Source: a bacterium
GTDB taxonomy: Bacteria; UBA8248; JACPRG01; G963555815
Direction of reading: 5' to 3'
DNA length: 64,000 nucleotides
Assembly: GCA_965261595.1 (NCBI GenBank)
Contig: CBDHDG010000007.1
Location: forward strand, 800,001 to 864,000
The position numbers were made by a program, and so were the translations under genes. Below, piece by piece: positions 20,201-30,392 of this stretch (position 1 is its first letter; the number at the start of each line of letters is the position of its first letter). The notes beneath the pieces are model-generated. The model had not been told where the DNA came from and made no database searches. It saw only the letters and a list, made by a program, of their open reading frames with translations.

Positions 20201-21406
20201 ATGGAGTCGAAATTCCGGGTCGACCGACAATTCCCCGTCCAGGTCATGGACGCCGTGACGGACACGAGAGAGATCCTGGCGCACGCCAAGCAACAGGCGG
20301 AGGAGCGGAACCTTCAGGATTACGTCGTTTTCGACGTGGACTCCCACATCATCGAGTCCCTGCACTGGAAAGACGTCGCCCGGTACATCGAAGACCCCGT
20401 CATCCGCTCCCAGGCCATGAATTTCGAAAAGGGCGCCTATGGCTTAAACGCGGCCAGCGGATTGCTTTACCAGGACGTGGGCGGGCGCATTCCTCACGAG
20501 CTGGGATTGGGCGAGCCGGTCGACGACCCCGATGTCCATCGAGATGTCGTCCTGATCCGGCGCGCCATGGACAGCCTGAGCGTGGACTATATGGTGGTGT
20601 TCCCCACGTCGATGCTCCAACTGGGCATGAGCCCGCAGCTCCCCATGCAGGTCCTGCTGACCCAGGCGTTCAACCGCTTTATGGTGGAGGACATCCTCAA
20701 GGCCGATGACCGGATCAAGACGCTGATCTGTCTGCCTTTCAACGACCCGGCGGCGTCCCTGCGCACGGTCGAGGAATTCGCGGACGAGCCCGGCGTGATC
20801 GGATTCATGATCACCAGTGTCCGGAACAAGCCGGTTCAAGACAACCAATACATGAAGATTTACGCGACCCTCGAAGAACGGGGGCTGCCGCTGACCTTCC
20901 ACGCCGGGTATTACTGGCACGAGCCCGTGATGGAGCAATTCCACCGGTTCCTCGGCGTACACTCGGTGGGCTTCGTTCTGTGGAACCTGGTGCATATGGT
21001 CAACTGGGTGATTCACGGCCTGCCGGAGCGGTTTCCGAATCTCAAAGTCATTTGGGTCGAGAGCGGGTTGGCCTGGCTGCCCTTCATCATGCAACGGCTG
21101 GACAACGAGTATATGCTCCGAAGCTCCGAGGCGCCGGGGCTCAAGCGGCTGCCGAGCGAGTACATCCGCGAGATGTTCTTTTCGGGCCAACCCCTGGAGC
21201 GGAGCAACATGAAAGCGCTGGAATTGTCCTTTGAAATGGTCAACGCCGAGACCCAGTTGCTCTATGCCTCGGATTGGCCCCACCAGGACTTCGATTTGCC
21301 CAGCTCGATCTTCGACCTGCCGTTCCTGTCCGAGCAGGGGAAACGGAACATTCTGGGCGAAACCGCGCTGAAACTTTTCAACCTGGAAAGACCGAACGGG
21401 AAGTAA
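20201..21406 (+). CDS. Amidohydrolase_2 family protein (metal-dependent hydrolase/decarboxylase)
   Basis: DVDSH, FHAG, ERFPNLKVIWVESG and ASDWPH motifs. Confidence 0.85.
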   Translation: MESKFRVDRQFPVQVMDAVTDTREILAHAKQQAEERNLQDYVVFDVDSHIIESLHWKDVARYIEDPVIRSQAMNFEKGAYGLNAASGLLYQDVGGRIPHELGLGEPVDDPDVHRDVVLIRRAMDSLSVDYMVVFPTSMLQLGMSPQLPMQVLLTQAFNRFMVEDILKADDRIKTLICLPFNDPAASLRTVEEFADEPGVIGFMITSVRNKPVQDNQYMKIYATLEERGLPLTFHAGYYWHEPVMEQFHRFLGVHSVGFVLWNLVHMVNWVIHGLPERFPNLKVIWVESGLAWLPFIMQRLDNEYMLRSSEAPGLKRLPSEYIREMFFSGQPLERSNMKALELSFEMVNAETQLLYASDWPHQDFDLPSSIFDLPFLSEQGKRNILGETALKLFNLERPNGK

Positions 21407-21524
21407 CTCCCGAATTCGCCCACGCCGGACGCTCATCGGGCCGCTCTCGCAGGAAACCCGGCGCGCCTCCGGGGGAGGAGAGGGCAGGGGGAGACCGGCC
21501 GCCGCACACCACGGAGAATTTTAC

Positions 21525-22895
21525 ATGCCTTTCGATGACCCTCGGGATTTCTGCGCGCACCTGGAAGAGCGGGGAGAGCTCATCCGGATCCGCGACGAGG
21601 TGGACCCCGCATACGAAGTCGGCGCGTACATCCGCAAGACCTCCGACCAGCAGGGGCCCGCTCTCCTGTTCGAGAATGTCAAGGGACACGACATGTGTAT
21701 GGTCGGAGGGATTTTCGCCAGCCGTCGGCGGGTCCTCCTGGCCCTGGCCTACGACCGGGAGGACATCTACGAACGGTTCGGCCACGGGATCGCCAACCCC
21801 GTCCCCAACCGTCTCGTGGACACCGGCCCCTGTAAAGATGTTATCCTGAAAGGGGACGAGGTGGACCTCGGCCGGCTGCCCATCCCCATCTATTCCGAGC
21901 AGGACAAGGGCCCCTTTGTCACGCACGGCATCCAGATCAGCAAAGACCCGGAAGACGGGACGAAGAACGCCTCGATCTACCGGATGCACCTCGCCGGGAA
22001 ACGCGAATTCAGCATTCACGCCGAAAAGCATCACCACCTGACGTACCAACATGTCAAGGCCTCGGCCAAGGGCGAGCCGCTCGAGATCGCCGTGGCCATG
22101 GGATGCGACCCCGTCGTGATGCTGGCCACCCAGGTGGGGGCCTCCTATGGGGTGGATGAGCTGGAGATCGCCGGCGGCCTGAAGGGCAAGCCCGTCGACA
22201 TCGTCAAATGCGAGACAGTGGACCTGGAAGTGCCCGCCGCGACGGAGATCGTCTTCGAGGGCCTGCTCCACCCCGAGCGGCGGGAGCACCACGGGCCCTT
22301 CGGAGAATACAGCGGGTATTACGGCGAGATCACGCACTCTCCCATCATGGAGGTGACGGCCATCACCCACCGGCGGGACCCGGTCTATCACGCCGGCCTG
22401 ACGGGGATGCCCATGACGGAGAACCACTTCCTCAAGCAGATCCCGCACGAGGTCACCCTGCACCAGGAGTTGAAATCGAAGTTCCCCGGCCTCCGGGACA
22501 TCCACTCCACGGCGGCCGGGTGCTGTGATTTCATGGTCTTCATCAATCTGAAGCCGAACATTCCGGGGGAAGCGCGCAACGTCATTCTGGCCGCCATGGC
22601 GAGCGCCAAGCGCCCCAAGTTCGTCGTCGTGTGCGACGAGGACATCGACATCTTCGATCACACCCAGGTGCTCTGGGCGATCTCTACGCGCGTGCGCCCG
22701 GCGAAGGACGTGATCATCATCCCCGATTACAACACGCCCGCCCTGGACCCGTCGGTGGGGCAAAACCAGTTGGGTTCGGCGATGGGGCTCGACGCCACAC
22801 GGCCCTTCGGGGAGCCGTTCGCCGAAGTGCCCGCCTTCCGCGGGATGGACCGCGTTCCCGACCTGCTGGCGCTGATGCGGGCCGGACAATCGTGA
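21525..22895 (+). CDS. UbiD-family (de)carboxylase
   Basis: GPALLFENVKG, NASIYR, VPAATEIVFEG, HGPFGEYSGYY and VLWAISTR motifs. Confidence 0.9.
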   Translation: MPFDDPRDFCAHLEERGELIRIRDEVDPAYEVGAYIRKTSDQQGPALLFENVKGHDMCMVGGIFASRRRVLLALAYDREDIYERFGHGIANPVPNRLVDTGPCKDVILKGDEVDLGRLPIPIYSEQDKGPFVTHGIQISKDPEDGTKNASIYRMHLAGKREFSIHAEKHHHLTYQHVKASAKGEPLEIAVAMGCDPVVMLATQVGASYGVDELEIAGGLKGKPVDIVKCETVDLEVPAATEIVFEGLLHPERREHHGPFGEYSGYYGEITHSPIMEVTAITHRRDPVYHAGLTGMPMTENHFLKQIPHEVTLHQELKSKFPGLRDIHSTAAGCCDFMVFINLKPNIPGEARNVILAAMASAKRPKFVVVCDEDIDIFDHTQVLWAISTRVRPAKDVIIIPDYNTPALDPSVGQNQLGSAMGLDATRPFGEPFAEVPAFRGMDRVPDLLALMRAGQS

Positions 22896-22953
22896 TTGAA
22901 TCGTTCGGGGTTGCCTGAGAACGGAAGAGCATCCGGCCGCCCCCCCGGCGGCG

Positions 22954-24387
22954 ATGGAACCCGACACAAGAGAAGGAGCCCGCGACGTGCCCAAAGATCT
23001 AAGAACCTTCCTCGAGCTGGCGGAGATGAAATTGCCGGGCGGCGTTCGCCGGGTCCGACGCGAAGTCGACCCCGAGTACGAGCTCTGCGCCATTCTTCGC
23101 AAGCTTCAGCTCCGGGGGGAAGTCCCCATCGTCATCTTCGAGAAGGTGAAGGGCTCGGACATGCCGCTGGTGGTGAACGCCATCGCCGACGAGCCGAAAC
23201 TCGCCCTCACCCTCGAGGTGACCGAGCGGGAGCTTCTCAAAACGTTCGTCAAGCGCGAGGCGAATCCCATCCCGCCCAAGGAGGTCAAGGACGGGCCGGT
23301 GATGGAACAGGTGTTCACCGGGAAGGATGTGGACCTCTACCGCCTTCCCATGACCACCCAATGCGAGAAGGACAGCGGGGCCTTCCTCACCGTCGGGGTG
23401 ACCATCTGCCGGGACCCCGACACCGGCACCTACAACTCCGGGATCTACCGGCAGATGCGCCACGAGCGCAACGTGCTCGGGATGAGCTTCGAGCCGCAAT
23501 CTCACCTGGGCTACTGCTACCGGAAGATGGAAAAACAGGGCAAAGGCCTGCCCATCGTCACCTACCTGGGCCACCATCCGGCCACGCTGCTGGGGAGCCA
23601 GTCGCGGCTTCCCCTCGGGGGAAACGAGATGAGCGTCATGGGCGGGCTGATGGAAGAGCCGCTCGAGCTGACGCCCTGCCAGAGCCAGGATCTCATGGTT
23701 CCGGCCCGCGCCGAGATCGCCATCGAGGGGTTCATCCGGCCGAACGAGCGGCGGTGGGAGGGCCCGTTCGGCGAATACACCTGGTACTACGGCTACGCGC
23801 GAAACAGCCCCGTCTTCGAGGTCACGGCCATCACTCACCGTAAAAACCCGTACTACCAGGACCTGTTCAGCGTCTTCCCCGAGCACCTGCTGGCCGGCCG
23901 GGTCGGGCGCGAGGCCGTCCTGTTCGAGAAGGTGCGGGCCAGTTGTCCATCGGTCCGTGACGTCTCCATGCCCATGTCGGGCACGTGCCGGCAGACGGCC
24001 TACGTCCAGATCGACAAGCAGTTCGACGGCGAGGCGAAGATGGCGGCCCTGGCGGCCATGGCCTCGGACGCCTTCATCAAATGGGTGGTCGTGGTGGACA
24101 AGGACGTCGACGTCCACAACGAGAGCCAGGTCCTGTGGGCCATCTCCACCCGGACGCAGCCGGACCAGGACACGTTCTTCGTTCCGAACTCCGTCGGCTC
24201 CCGTCTCGACCCCTCCGGTTACTCGGTGTGGAGCCGCCACGAGCGAAACGGGATGAACACCAAGTGGGCCATCGACGCGACCATGCCCATCGAGGCCCCC
24301 TTCGAGGAGGTGGCCGACGTGCCCCAGGACGTCCTGGACCGGATCGACCTGGGGGATTACTTCGAGGATTTAAAGGAGACGCACTGA
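22954..24387 (+). CDS. UbiD-family (de)carboxylase, second copy
   Basis: NSGIYR, VPARAEIAIEG, EGPFGEYTWYY and VLWAISTR motifs. Confidence 0.9.
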   Translation: MEPDTREGARDVPKDLRTFLELAEMKLPGGVRRVRREVDPEYELCAILRKLQLRGEVPIVIFEKVKGSDMPLVVNAIADEPKLALTLEVTERELLKTFVKREANPIPPKEVKDGPVMEQVFTGKDVDLYRLPMTTQCEKDSGAFLTVGVTICRDPDTGTYNSGIYRQMRHERNVLGMSFEPQSHLGYCYRKMEKQGKGLPIVTYLGHHPATLLGSQSRLPLGGNEMSVMGGLMEEPLELTPCQSQDLMVPARAEIAIEGFIRPNERRWEGPFGEYTWYYGYARNSPVFEVTAITHRKNPYYQDLFSVFPEHLLAGRVGREAVLFEKVRASCPSVRDVSMPMSGTCRQTAYVQIDKQFDGEAKMAALAAMASDAFIKWVVVVDKDVDVHNESQVLWAISTRTQPDQDTFFVPNSVGSRLDPSGYSVWSRHERNGMNTKWAIDATMPIEAPFEEVADVPQDVLDRIDLGDYFEDLKETH

Positions 24388-24388
24388 C

Positions 24389-24745
24389 ATGGCGGAAACC
24401 AGCACGGCAACGGAGATCGGCGAGCTTCGTCAGGCGTTGTCCGTCCTTCACCTGGACCTTCTCATCCACAAAGGCTTCTCGGCCAGCGCCCGCTGGAAGG
24501 CGGAGCGGGGCGTGGACGCCGCGCTCCCCGAGTTCGACGCGGCCGGCCGGGTCCTGGAAGGATCCCCCTGGTCGGATGACGCCCGCGCGGCGGTGAAAAA
24601 TCTCGAGGGGGCGCTCGCTGGATACCGGGAGGCCATCGCCTCCTTCGATCCAACACGGGAGACCTATTTCCGCACCCTGCTGATCGACGCCCTCTGGGGC
24701 CTCAAAGAGGCCGTGTTCGGCTGGCCGCCGGAGCATGGCGTCTAG
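24389..24745 (+). CDS. Hypothetical helical protein, translationally coupled to the second UbiD
   Basis: ATG one base after the UbiD stop, AAGGAG RBS, host-like codon usage. Confidence 0.65.
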   Translation: MAETSTATEIGELRQALSVLHLDLLIHKGFSASARWKAERGVDAALPEFDAAGRVLEGSPWSDDARAAVKNLEGALAGYREAIASFDPTRETYFRTLLIDALWGLKEAVFGWPPEHGV

Positions 24746-24869
24746 GCGGCGTCTACACAGGGGGGCTCCGAACCATCAGGGTCACCCGCCGTCATCGGGC
24801 GGAAGCGCAGGAAAGCAAGGCAAAGAGGGTTCATCCCGCATCCTGAATTGGGCTCCCGGTTAAGGGAGC

Positions 24870-25914
24870 GTGACACGGAAAGGAGAGGGGAGAATAAAGA
24901 CTCGCATAGCCGTTCTCGCCGCGTTTCTGTTCTTATCGGGAGGGCTGAGGGGGCAAACCGCCGCGGCCGGGGAGCCGTTCCTGCTCGACTGGATCATCTA
25001 CGGGAAGCACGCGCCCTTCTTCGTGGTCCAGGACAAAGGATTTTTCAAAAAGGCGGGGCTGGACGTCTCGTACAAGCGCGGATTCGGCTCCGGCGACACG
25101 ATCAAGAAGGTCGGGGCGAAGGCCGCCCGTCTCGGGTTCGCCGACGCCAGCTCGCTGGTCGAGCGCCAGGGCCAACGCCAACGTCCCGGTGAAAGAGGTC
25201 GCGATGATCCACGCCAAGTCTCTGGAGATCGTGGGCTTCCTCAAAGAGAAGGGCTACAAGACGCCCAAGGACCTGATCGGCCAAAGGTACGGCAATCCGC
25301 CGTACAACCGCTGTTGCTTCCCGGCCCTGGCGGGCGCCAACGGATTCGACGCCAAATCCATCAAGGAGATCGGGATGGAGGTCGGCTCACTCATCCCCTC
25401 GCTCCTGACCAACCGGGTCGATTTCATCGCCCTGTTCGCCACCGAGCTGCCGACCCTGCGCGCCAAAGCCGCCGACGTCGGCAAAAAGGTCGGCGCCTTC
25501 TATTTCTCCGACTGGGGCGTGGACGCCTATAACAACGGCATCGTCGTCCACGAGGACAACATCCGATCCGACCCGAAGTTCGTACGCGGCGCCGTCAAGG
25601 CCGTCATGGAAGGCTGGGCGTGGGCCCTCCTTAATGTGGATGAGACGGTGAAGAACTTTTTGAAATACGCGCCGGGCATGAGTGAGAAGCTGATCCGGGG
25701 GCATCTCAACGTCGCCATCGAGCACCTGTTCGATGATGGCGTCCGGCAGCACGGCCTGGGGTACATCGACCACGACAAAATGGGCGCGACCGCCGGGATC
25801 ATCACAAAATACTTGAAGCTGAAGAAGCGCATCCCGGCCGAAGACCTCTACACGAACCGGTTCCTTCCCCAGTGGGCCTCGATCAAGGCGGCCCTGGGCG
25901 ATCGGGCCAGGTAG
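24870..25914 (+). pseudogene. NMT1/THI5-family substrate-binding protein with frameshift near 25160
   Basis: LDWIIYGKHAPFF..GFFKKAGLDV..GFGSGD in one frame, continuing as 25189..25914 ending DLYTNRFLP. Confidence 0.75.
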
Positions 25915-26064
25915 GCCCTCTTGCCCGCCAGGGCGAACATCTGAACGGGGTGGGTAAGTGTGACGGGCGGGGATGCGTCCGCTGTCGCGCGGCGCGGCAC
26001 AGGCGCCGGCGGAGGTCCATTCGGCAAGCAACCCGCGAGACCGCCGGTTTGTGAGAAACGCGGG

Positions 26065-26928
26065 TCATCCCCCGGCGGACATCGAGATCACGACGACGCC
26101 GATGAAGACCGTCAGCGCGCCCGCGGCCAGCCGCCAGGTGACCTGTTCGAGCTTCTGGATCAGAACCCTCGCTATCAGGATGGAAACAAGCGGGGAGGTG
26201 TAGATGAGGGGGGTCACGAAGCTGACGGTCCCGAGGCTCACGGCCTTGTAGAGGGTGATGAAGGCGGAAGCGTACCCGAGACCCCCCATGAGGAAGAACC
26301 CAATCCCCCGGAGGTCCCCGCCCCACCGGCTTTCGCGCGGAACCAGGGACACGCCCGCCAACAGGGCGATGAGCGCTCCCCCCGAGGAGATGGCGGTCCC
26401 GAGCAGGGGGTCCGGCAGAGACCGGATGCCCATTCGCATGAAGACGGGAATCAGGGCGAAGAAGACCGTTGGAATTAGACCGAAAACCGCCGCGGACGGG
26501 GATATCCGCGTCGCGGACCGATCGACCAGGATGCTGACGACCCCCCCGACGATGAAGACGGCGCCCACCGGGATGTGCCATGTGGGCCGCTCCCCCATGA
26601 AAACCACGCCGATGAGGATCACCAGAAAGGGCGTGACGGAGTTGAGCACCGCCGCCCGCGAGACGCCCAGCCTGCGGATGCTGAAGTAGTATAGGAGCCG
26701 CCCAGGCGCCAGGCCCGCCACTCCCACAAGGAAAAACCACCCGGCCGCGGGCCAAAGCGCGCCCGGCCCGCTCCCCCGAATCCCGATGACGATCCCCAGG
26801 GCCGTGGCCATGGAGATGGAATTGAAGATGGCCCCGGTGTAGGGCGTGGCGGTTCGAACGCCCATCCGGGTGAAGATGTCGGCCGCGCCGAAGCAGAACC
26901 CGCTCAAAAGCGCCCAGAAGACCGTCAT
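26065..26928 (-). CDS. DMT/EamA family transporter
   Basis: 287 aa, about 10 TMs, two EamA repeats (GVSRAAVL, GERP). Confidence 0.85.
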   Translation of the reverse strand: MTVFWALLSGFCFGAADIFTRMGVRTATPYTGAIFNSISMATALGIVIGIRGSGPGALWPAAGWFFLVGVAGLAPGRLLYYFSIRRLGVSRAAVLNSVTPFLVILIGVVFMGERPTWHIPVGAVFIVGGVVSILVDRSATRISPSAAVFGLIPTVFFALIPVFMRMGIRSLPDPLLGTAISSGGALIALLAGVSLVPRESRWGGDLRGIGFFLMGGLGYASAFITLYKAVSLGTVSFVTPLIYTSPLVSILIARVLIQKLEQVTWRLAAGALTVFIGVVVISMSAGG

Positions 26929-27189
26929 GTGGCGATCAAACCGTGCGCGTCCTTTTCAAAAAAATTCTCCCCGATCCCGCCCGCCCGCCGGTTCGCCGTT
27001 CCGGGGCTACCCTAGCATTTCTCGCCAACGCGTCGCCTGAATCCTGATTTGCCGAGGAATCACCCCTGGTGGTTCGTTTCCGCTGATGCTGACAGATGAT
27101 TCTTCAAGCGCTCGGTTTCCGGGCAGGGGCGGACCCTCCGCCCGTGGACAGGTCGCCGAAGCGAATGGTTCTGAACGGATTTAGTTATG

Positions 27190-27379
27190 GCCCAAAAAAA
27201 TACCGGGCGAGGACGTTCGGCCTAAGCCTACCAGCCCCCGCCCGGCGGGTTTTGTATTCGGTCCCGGCCTGATTCGGACGAGACCCAGGAGCGAGTCTAG
27301 GCTTCAGGACGCACACTCCCCGCTCCCGTAAGAGACGGGAATTCCGGCGGCGGCGGCTCTATCTCCACCGTTTCCGAAG
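27190..27379 (-). ncRNA. Putative structured DGR spacer RNA following the TR, ending in a T-run
   Basis: Segment directly 3' of the TR with short hairpins (e.g. TCCCGT..ACGGGA) and terminal CCGG-T7; position matches the spacer of DGR RNAs. Confidence 0.45.
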
Positions 27380-27506
27380 CCTTGGCGCAACGAAACGAAA
27401 TCCTGTTATTCCGGTTGTCTGGTTGCCTATTGTTGCGATTCGCTGCGCGGAAGTTCGTCGTATTGTCGTTGTTCCAGGAACCGCCGCGCAAAACGCGCCC
27501 GTTTTT
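27380..27506 (-). other. DGR template repeat (TR), FGE-sulfatase/CLec-type
   Basis: Translates as KNGRVLRGGSWNNDNTTNFRAANRNNRQPDNRNNRISFRCAK with 11 AAC/AAT codons, no gene upstream in frame, adjacent to the RT. Confidence 0.85.
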
Positions 27507-27509
27507 GAC

Positions 27510-28807
27510 TCACCCCTTTCCTGCAAAAACAGCGTCTCTCAAAACCCTCCCCCTGACCCGATACGCATCCGCGTGGGAGGCATGGGCGATCCAACTCATG
27601 ACCGACTGTCGGACGTCATCAAGCGTAATGGTTCCCTCCCGATAACCCGCTTGCAGCTTTCTCAGCCTTCGCCTCGCGTGGCGGACATTGGATTTTCGCA
27701 ACAGCCGGTGGGTCGGAAAAACGCGGTAGCCCAGGAAATCAATCCCGTCGCTCACGCGGTAGACGCGGCTTTTTCGGGGGTGCAGCCTGAGGCGAATCGC
27801 CCCCAGACGCTCCCGGCAGGCCGCCAGGGCGTCCCAAAGGGCGGGCTTGTCGTCCCCGAAGATGACAAAATCGTCCACGTACCGGACGTAGAACCTCCGC
27901 TCAAGGGTCTCCTTCACCCAGTGGTCGAACCCGGTCAGGTGAACGTTGGCGAAGAACTGGCTGGTCAGGTTGCCGATGGGGATGCCGTGGGGTCTCTCAA
28001 ACGGCGTGAACAGGTCGTCCCCGGAGAAGTAGAGACCGTCCTCGGAGCGCATCGATCCCAGGACCTTTCGGATCAGCCCGAGGGTTCTCTCGCACGCGAT
28101 CCGTTTCGCGACGGCCGCCATGAGGATCTCGTGGTCCATGCTCGGGAAATACCGCACGATGTCGCCCTTGAGGACGTACCGGTTCTTCCGGCAGAACGCC
28201 TGATACCGGTCCACGGCGGCGTGGGTCCCCTTTCCCCTCCGGCAGGCGTACGAGTCGCCTGGACGGCTACCGGGACCTGTGGATGACACCCTCTGAACAT
28301 CCCCGGAGAAGTAGAGACCGTCCTCGGAGCGCATCGATCCCAGGTCGGATCAGCCCGAGGGTTCTCTCGCACGCGATCCGTTTCGCGACGGCCGCCATGA
28401 TCTCGTGGTCCATGCTCGGGAAATACCGCACGATGTCGCCCTTGAGGACGTACCGGTTCTTCCGGCAGAACGCCTGATACCGGTCCACGGCGGCGTGGGT
28501 CCCCTTTCCCCTCCGGCAGGCGTACGAGTCATGGATGAAGGTCTTGTCGAAGATCGGCTTGATGACGTTGCACAAGGCATGGTGGACCACCCGGTCGCGG
28601 AATGACCCGGGGCTTGGTGTCCCGGACGGTGAACCGCGTGTAGCCGCCGGGTTGATAAGTTTGGTCAAGCAATTCCCTCTGAAGCCGGGGGATCTCGCGC
28701 TCCAATTCGAAAAGGAACCGCGCGGTGGAGGGTTTCGAGCGCTTGCCTTTGGCTGCCTTACGAGCCGCCAGAAGGAGGTTATCGAAAGAGCACACTTGAG
28801 AATAAAG
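27510..28807 (-). pseudogene. DGR-type reverse transcriptase, disrupted
   Basis: [61 protein letters not shown] and YVRYVDDF motifs; start removed by IS, small deletion, internal duplication. Confidence 0.9.
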
Positions 28808-30211
28808 TGGACCGCCCCTGGGTTATTGGACACTCGGGTGAGGGTATTCGACCTCATGCGGCCTCCGCAACTTGAGCGAGTTTTTCCTGCCTTGCCTGGG
28901 CCGGCGTTCGGTAGCCGTAGCCCTCGAGAATCCAATGATGGTTGTACAGGTTCTTGAACTCAAGCAGCGCCCACCGCAGTTCCTCTACGGTGGCGAAAGA
29001 GCGCACCCACAGGAGATTCTCCTTCAAGATGCGGATGAACCACTCACAGTAGCCATTTCCCTCGGGCGCCCGCACGAAGCTGGGCGAACTGGTCATGCCC
29101 AGGTAGGCGATCTCCCGCTGAAAGTCATCGGACAGATAGGCGGGGCCGTGGTCGTGACGAACTTTAAGCCCCTCGGCGACGTCCGCCTCCAAGCCGGCGA
29201 AGCGCTCGGCGACCCCCTGCCGGATCGGCTCCAGGGCCTCGAAGCGGTTGCCGCTCTTGGCCGCATGGATCCCCACGCAGTCCACCGAGCAGTGATCCAC
29301 CGCCACGAACACCGAGGCCATCCCCTCCTCGGTGGTCACCGTCGTCGTCATGTGCGTGCCCCACATTCGGTCGGGCCGCTCGGTGCGGATGGTCCCGTTG
29401 TGGGCCTTGGGACCTCGGGGTTTGCCCACCCGGTGAGGGGCCTGAAGCCCCGCCTCCCGCATCAGGCGACGCACCCGCTCCTTGCTGGTGCGGATGCCCG
29501 CGAAGCGCAGCCTCGCCCACACCTTGCGGTAGCCCTCGCCATGGAAGGGAGAGTCCTCCAGGACCTGCCGGATGTGGCCGAGGAGTTCCGCATCGGTGCA
29601 CGGGCCCACAGGGCCGCGCTTATTGGGCGTGGGGCGTTCATGAACGGGGACCGCCTCTCGCCGCCGTTGCGCGTAGACCGTGGAGCGCGCCAAGCCCCAA
29701 AGGGCGCACACCCGCTTCAGGCCGTAGGCTCTGCCCGTGGAGGTGAAGCGGGCCTGACTCATCGCCTCCACCTCCTGCCGGCTAAAGGGCGGCCGGCCTC
29801 CAGGCGGTCGATCTTCTCCCGCAGGACCTCGCCCTCCATCGTGAGTTCGCCCACCTTGGCCTTGAGCCGGGCGTTCTCCTCGGCCCGCTCATCCGCCGGG
29901 CGGGCTTTGAGCGCCGCCTCGCCCCCGCGAAGGAACGCCTCGCGCCAGGCGGAAAGCCGAGCCGCTGTCGTGCCCAACTCGCGGCAGAGCGTCTCCAGGC
30001 TCTCGCCCCGCAAAAGACGCAGGACCGCCTCCCGCTTGCGCTGGCAGGAGAACCGACCCCGCTCACTGCGATGCCCTGGGGCCTTGGCTCCGTTCGCCCT
30101 GCGGGCGCCCTCCGCCAAAGCCCCCTCTTGCTTTTGTTCGTTCATCGCGACACCCCTTTCTCCATGAATCATGGATCAATCGAGTGTCCAACAAAACCCT
30201 AGAGCGGGGGA
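28808..30211 (-). mobile_element. IS3-family element A, copy 2 (no TSD; WGTH allele)
   Basis: Same 1404-bp sequence; flanks AAAG and CAGC differ. Confidence 0.95.
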
Positions 30212-30392
30212 CAGCCGCTCAACTCACCGACTATACTGAAGATGCCCAGCCTGTAATCCAGGCAGAGATTCGCAAGCGGGGCATACAAAGGTATGAGGTT
30301 GAGCGAAAAAGAATTTCGAACACAATCCCTTCGCCAACACTGGCTGGCACCGGGACCCAAAATATCCAACGAAAACTTCCTATTTGGACCAC

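Noticed and set aside
21378..24240. Long minus-strand ORFs (574 aa, 413 aa) and similar overlaps at 6045, 7843 and 32774
   Set aside because: Antisense shadows of well-supported genes with no recognisable motifs
27297..27491. 64-aa FGE-sulfatase-like CDS
   Set aside because: Only the terminal motif, Asn-saturated and abutting the RT stop; better explained as the TR
27510..28807. Group II intron or retron RT
   Set aside because: Short RT with SQ motif and YVDD, no maturase or endonuclease extension, and an adjacent TR
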